Positions 8,239-12,180 of a stretch of 12,180 bases of DNA are shown here, piece after piece. Within the stretch, counting starts at the first letter, position 1; each line of letters starts with the position of its first letter. The position numbers and the translations under genes are program-made. This stretch comes from an uncultured Gemmatimonadota bacterium (GTDB taxonomy: Bacteria; SM23-81): assembly GCA_964584035.1 (NCBI GenBank), contig CAZOYL010000079.1, positions 1 through 12,180 on the forward strand, in the 5' to 3' direction. Under the pieces are notes generated by a model that was not told the origin of the DNA, searched no databases, and saw only the letters and a program-made list of their open reading frames with translations.

Positions 8239-8619
8239 TCATGCCTTTTCGGCCGGGCCGGGTTTGCTCCGGAACAGCGCGGCCGACTCGTCGTCCATCA
8301 ACACCCATATGGTGTAGATGCCCAGGGCGGTGCCGAACGGGATACTGAACAGGTTCAGGCAGCCCAGGATGAGGACCAGGATCCGGGACCAGGGGCGCCA
8401 TTTCAACAGGCCGATGCCTCCGATGATACCGGGGGCGGCCAGAAAGATGAGCAGGAAAGCCAGCGCCGAACCCAGGGCCGAGGTGATCGCAAGGGCTTCA
8501 TCGTCACCCGATAGAATGCCCCCACCGATCACCAGGCTGAACATAATCAGGGCGGTCAGTATCTGCATGGCGCCGAAAGCGATGTAGAGAGCGCCCAGCA
8601 CAGTGATGTGTTTTTTCAT
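8239..8619 (-). CDS. Small hypothetical integral membrane protein (126 aa, 3-4 TM helices)
   Basis: TAAGGAG RBS; hydrophobic segments throughout; GGIGLLKWRPWSRIL and IPFGTALGIYTIWVL motifs. Confidence 0.85.
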   Translation of the reverse strand: MKKHITVLGALYIAFGAMQILTALIMFSLVIGGGILSGDDEALAITSALGSALAFLLIFLAAPGIIGGIGLLKWRPWSRILVLILGCLNLFSIPFGTALGIYTIWVLMDDESAALFRSKPGPAEKA

Positions 8620-8697
8620 CTTCTCTTCTCCTTATTCTGAGCCTGCCGGCCGTTGCCCCTGCGGGGACTTCCGATAATGGCCGGAACGTTCATACGA

Positions 8698-10770
8698 TCA
8701 TCCTTTCTTGACCTTCCGCAGCCGAATGAGCTTTGCTCTTGTCAATACGTCCAAATACTCCATGAAAAGCTTCAGATCCACCGGGCCGTACTCATGTTCC
8801 AGTTTTCGTTTGACCTCCAGGGCCGTTCGCCGGCCGTCGATGTAAAACAGGGGAATCTCCAGAAGGTGCTGTTTGTAAAGTTTGACGAACGTTTCCGCCA
8901 ACCACCGGCGGTCCTTCTTGGCCGCCTTGTCCATCAGACCGATGATCGGGAAGGGCCCCTGGAACCGTCTTATGGGGATCAGGCTGTCTGCGCGGCGCTC
9001 CAGGGCGTTCTTGCGGCGGCGCAGTTTCGAGCCGTCTATTTTATGATCTTCGAGCGCCTGGTGATAGATCTCTTCCAACAGGCCATGGATCTCCTCCGCC
9101 TGCCAGCCGAGCAGCTCTCCCAGCTCATCGGATTTTTCTTTCACAGCGCGCCTGGTCCGGCCCCTCAGACCGTCGGCGCAGGAGGACAGCGCCGCCGTTT
9201 CCACCTCGAGCTCATGATCGATCTTCCCCTGGCGCTGATGATGGTCCTTGGAGAAACGGTGCCACCGGGAGAGGCCGTTCTTTCCCCGGGGCACGGCATC
9301 AAGGGCCTTTGCCAGCGACTCCTGCCCGGCGGCGGCCAGCCGCCGGCTGGCCGCCAGATAGTTTTCGGCCAGCAGGGACTCGCGCTCATCATCGGCCAGG
9401 TTCAGCAGGTTGAAGGAAAAGATCAGGGTCGCCGCGCCGACCCGTTCGAGAACGTTGGGATCGGTCTTGTCCAGCGTGTCCTCGCTGGTATGCCAGAAAT
9501 GATCGGGGAGACTGCCCACATAGAGCCCCGGCACGCCGATGGTGGGATCGACGAAAGGCATGTGATCGGTGCCCCCGAAGTAGGGCTCGGTCTCCCAGCG
9601 GAACAGGCTGTCTTTTCGGAGCTTGGAAGGTCCGCCCCGGGCGGCTACCCATTGGAAGGCCCGGGCCAGCATCTCGCCGCTGAAATGCTGCTGGACTCCA
9701 TGGGTGGAGCCCACCAGCAGGGTGCTGCCGCATTTGGCCTGGTCCTCGCCGACCATGTCCATGCTGACGACGCCCAGCATGTTCTTTGCCTGCCGGCGGT
9801 GGCGGTGGAGCCAGGGAACCGTCCCGCGCCATTCGGGGACGACCAAAAAGCGGAGGCTGCGTCGAAGTTTGGGCAACATTCTTTTTCTTTGCAGAACCCG
9901 CAGCGTCCGGGCCATCTCCGCCAGCAGGGCGCAGCCGGAGGCGTTGTCGTTGGCCGAGGGCTTGGGGTGGCAGATGTGGGCCACCAGGATAAGCTCCTCC
10001 CTGGACCGTTCGGTTCCGCGGATGAGGCCGGAAAGAGCCCGATAATGTCCGCTCCGGTAGCGCGCCTTGACGCTGGCGAACAGCCGCAGAGGGGTGCGCT
10101 CTCTGTCGGCCCGGTGGAGCGCATTGCGAAGCTGCCCGTACTGCCGCTGGGACAGGGCGAATCCGAAAAAAGGGTGCTCCCTGGCGGCCGGCATGGATAC
10201 GCCGGAGGCGGTGATCTTGTCGGGGTGGTCGGGATCGGCGGCGGGATTTTGAGCGATCAGCATGCCGGCGGCTCCGCGCTTGACCACTGCCTGCAGATGC
10301 ACCAGGAAGGGATTCCCGCGGGCCAGCACCAGACGTCCCCGGACTCGTTTTCCGGCACGGGCGTAATCCTCTGGCGTCTCGCCCCGTCCCACGTCCACCA
10401 GTTCGCCCTCCCAGCCCCGGGGACCTGTTGAGCTGGCTCCGCCCAGCAGGGCGATGGGCGATTCCGAGAAACGGGCGATGATCTTTCGCTCCGGCTCCGG
10501 TGAGATAATGGACAGATGGGCGTCCTGTTCCTCCCAGATGGAGGGCATGTCCCAGCTCCAGTAGCTGCGGCCGGGGCCGACGGGAAATCGCTCGATCCTG
10601 ACCTCCTCCAGTCCGGCCGCCGTGAAGCGGTCGCGGATCAGCTCCATAGCCTGGAGGATCTCTCGTCCCCCGGCCATCCGGTGAAAGGCGATCAGCCTGG
10701 CAATAAGATCCTGGGCTCCGGGCCCCGAGATCTCACGGTAGATGGCTTGTTTTTGTTCACTTGTCAGCAC
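8698..10770 (-). CDS. DUF4910-like / M28-family Zn-metallopeptidase-like protein with PA-like insert and C-terminal winged helix
   Basis: GTG start with GGGAGG RBS; FHRMAGG, PA-like GELVDVGRG...VRGRLVL...AVVKRGAAG; metal-ligand motifs AHICHPKPSANDNASG, VPEWRG, SMDMVG, GTDHMPF, FWHTSEDT; C-terminal IDGRRTALEV...LTRAKLI. No signal peptide. Confidence 0.88.
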   Translation of the reverse strand: MLTSEQKQAIYREISGPGAQDLIARLIAFHRMAGGREILQAMELIRDRFTAAGLEEVRIERFPVGPGRSYWSWDMPSIWEEQDAHLSIISPEPERKIIARFSESPIALLGGASSTGPRGWEGELVDVGRGETPEDYARAGKRVRGRLVLARGNPFLVHLQAVVKRGAAGMLIAQNPAADPDHPDKITASGVSMPAAREHPFFGFALSQRQYGQLRNALHRADRERTPLRLFASVKARYRSGHYRALSGLIRGTERSREELILVAHICHPKPSANDNASGCALLAEMARTLRVLQRKRMLPKLRRSLRFLVVPEWRGTVPWLHRHRRQAKNMLGVVSMDMVGEDQAKCGSTLLVGSTHGVQQHFSGEMLARAFQWVAARGGPSKLRKDSLFRWETEPYFGGTDHMPFVDPTIGVPGLYVGSLPDHFWHTSEDTLDKTDPNVLERVGAATLIFSFNLLNLADDERESLLAENYLAASRRLAAAGQESLAKALDAVPRGKNGLSRWHRFSKDHHQRQGKIDHELEVETAALSSCADGLRGRTRRAVKEKSDELGELLGWQAEEIHGLLEEIYHQALEDHKIDGSKLRRRKNALERRADSLIPIRRFQGPFPIIGLMDKAAKKDRRWLAETFVKLYKQHLLEIPLFYIDGRRTALEVKRKLEHEYGPVDLKLFMEYLDVLTRAKLIRLRKVKKG

Positions 10771-10800
10771 GATGGCCTCCCGTGTTTCACTTCATAGGGA

Positions 10801-11364
10801 CTATACGGATTTCTTCAGCGGGATGTTGCTCGGGTTCCCGTATTGCCTGACGGCCTCGAAGACGGCGATCCCGAAGGCCACGGCCACGTTGACCGAGTTC
10901 TTGAATCCAAACATGGGAATTTCGACGATCTCGTCGGCCATCTCCAGCACCTCCCGGGAGATGCCCAGGGCTTCGTTGCCCACCACCAGGCAGAGGGGAT
11001 TGGGATAGCCGATCTCGTGGAACGGCCTGCTGATGTCGGTGACCTCCAGACAGACGATCTGACGGCCCTCGGATCTGCTTTTTTCGACGGCCTCCACCGA
11101 GGATGAGATATATTCCCAGGAGACGTAATCCAGGGTTCCCATGGCGGTCTTGATGACCTTTGGATTCGGGGGGTGAGCCGTGATGCCGCAGAAGACGACC
11201 TTCTCGATGCGGGCGCAGTCGGCGGTGCGGACGATCGAGCCGACGTTGAAGGCGCTGCGAAGATTGTCCAGTATCACCGTAATGGGATGCCGGGGAAGGC
11301 GGTGAAACTCCTCCGGCGTGAGAGGGGAATCGTGAGTCTTGATGTGGAAGTTGGTCTCCATCAT
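10801..11364 (-). CDS. SpoU/TrmH-family (SPOUT) RNA 2'-O-methyltransferase
   Basis: Start reassigned to ATG 11364 (ATGA overlap with upstream stop; GAGGG upstream). Motif 1 ILDNLRSAFNVGSIVRTAD, motif 2 LVVGNEALGIS, motif 3 IPMFGFKNSVNVAVAFGIAVFE. Confidence 0.93.
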   Translation of the reverse strand: MMETNFHIKTHDSPLTPEEFHRLPRHPITVILDNLRSAFNVGSIVRTADCARIEKVVFCGITAHPPNPKVIKTAMGTLDYVSWEYISSSVEAVEKSRSEGRQIVCLEVTDISRPFHEIGYPNPLCLVVGNEALGISREVLEMADEIVEIPMFGFKNSVNVAVAFGIAVFEAVRQYGNPSNIPLKKSV

Positions 11365-12180
11365 GGTTTCACCCTCTGATCGAGCCGGCGGGATAGCGTG
11401 GCCATGTCGCCCGGCGACCAGCCCAGAGCGTGGCGCCAGACTCGGTCGCTCTCCATGCACAGGTAGACGAAGACATCGGGATCATGCTCCTTGATCCAGG
11501 AGTTCAGCTTTTTGAACAGGTTCGTCCTGATGGGCCGGAAATAACGGGGCTTGCCGTCCTTTCCGGGGAACAGCTCTCCCAGGATGATGTCGCTGTCGGG
11601 ATGGCGCCGGCGGATGATATCCTCCAGGGTGGGGGGATACCGCAGGGCTCCCAGGCTGATCCAGGCGATGGATCGAGGATCCACGTGCTCGAAGACGGCC
11701 TCGACCACCCGGCGGTAGCTTGCCTCCCAGCCGGGAAAATCGATCACCGGGTCGAAGTGAAATCCGATTCGATAGCCGGCCTCTTCACAACGCCGGGCCG
11801 CCCGCAGGCGCTCGGCGACGGGCGGAGCGCCGTGCTCCTCGCGCCGGACGACCTGGTCGGCATTGAGCGACCAGGAGACCACCGTCCGGCCGCCGTGGTC
11901 GAGGCCGAGCAGCTCTTCGATATGCGTCGTCTTGGTCTTCAGCTCCAGGATGGCGTTGGTCCGGCTGGAGAAAAACGGGACCAGCAGCCGGGCATGGCCC
12001 AGGATGGGGTCCAGGCTGAGGCTGTCGGCCAACTCCCCGGTCCCCAGGCGATAGAAATCGTCCTCTCCGGAGGAGAGAAAGGTCTCCAGCTGGGCCGTCA
12101 GATCATCGGTGTTGGCATAGCCGGTCACCAGGGGGTTGGTCAGGTAGCCCTGCAGGATGCAGTAAGAGCAATCCAGAGGA
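11361..12180 (-). CDS. Spore photoproduct lyase (SplB)-like radical SAM protein; 5' end lies beyond the right edge
   Basis: Frame stays open past the track's GTG 12128 to the edge: PLDCSYCILQGYLTNP (the last two Cys of CxxxCxxC; base 12180 is compatible with a TGT first Cys). Also GTGELADSL, LELKTK, SWSLN, EEHGAPPVAERLRAA, GFHFDPVI, GKPRYF, YLCME. Confidence 0.88.
   Translation of the reverse strand, partial: PLDCSYCILQGYLTNPLVTGYANTDDLTAQLETFLSSGEDDFYRLGTGELADSLSLDPILGHARLLVPFFSSRTNAILELKTKTTHIEELLGLDHGGRTVVSWSLNADQVVRREEHGAPPVAERLRAARRCEEAGYRIGFHFDPVIDFPGWEASYRRVVEAVFEHVDPRSIAWISLGALRYPPTLEDIIRRRHPDSDIILGELFPGKDGKPRYFRPIRTNLFKKLNSWIKEHDPDVFVYLCMESDRVWRHALGWSPGDMATLSRRLDQRVKP

Noticed and set aside
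8243..8401. Long N-terminal extensions in the ORF track (crotonase to 8401, permease to 4896, ATPase to 5671, methylase to 11460)
   Set aside because: They overlap upstream genes; downstream ATGs with RBS or stop-start coupling fit better.
8653..10431. 592-aa plus-strand ORF
   Set aside because: Antisense shadow of the M28/DUF4910 gene; no recognisable motifs; long reverse-frame ORFs are expected in GC-rich coding DNA.
2595..12180. RiPP or natural-product cluster (radical SAM, methylase, peptidase, exporter)
   Set aside because: No precursor peptide in the short spacers; the radical SAM is SplB-like with no SPASM cysteine motif; the methylase is an RNA SPOUT type.
1..12180. CRISPR arrays, tandem repeats, IS elements, integrase or phage genes
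   Set aside because: No periodic repeats, terminal inverted repeat pairs or recombinase motifs seen; intergenic gaps are all about 215 bp or less.

Overview
GC-rich bacterial DNA in which all 12 supportable protein genes lie on the minus strand, mostly tightly packed or translationally coupled. In transcription order (right to left): a 5'-truncated spore-photoproduct-lyase-like radical SAM protein; a SpoU/TrmH-family RNA methyltransferase; a DUF4910/M28-type metallopeptidase-like protein with PA-like and C-terminal winged-helix regions; a small membrane protein; an enoyl-CoA isomerase-type crotonase; a five-gene YbhG-YbhF(split)-YbhS-YbhR-like ABC-2 export module; an uncharacterised lipoprotein; and a 3'-truncated exported CBM9-like/DUF5916 protein that is absent from the ORF track. 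Gene content suggests a diderm organism (inference). I found no rRNA, tRNA, CRISPR array, transposase or repeat array, and no clear new multi-gene system. The best leads are protein-level deviations: an SplB-like enzyme lacking the Cys141 and Tyr99 equivalents and coupled to an RNA methylase, a split asymmetric ABC ATPase pair with no TolC or regulator, and a possible ECF-sigma promoter overlapping inverted repeats. Family calls come from motif recognition by eye, not database searches.
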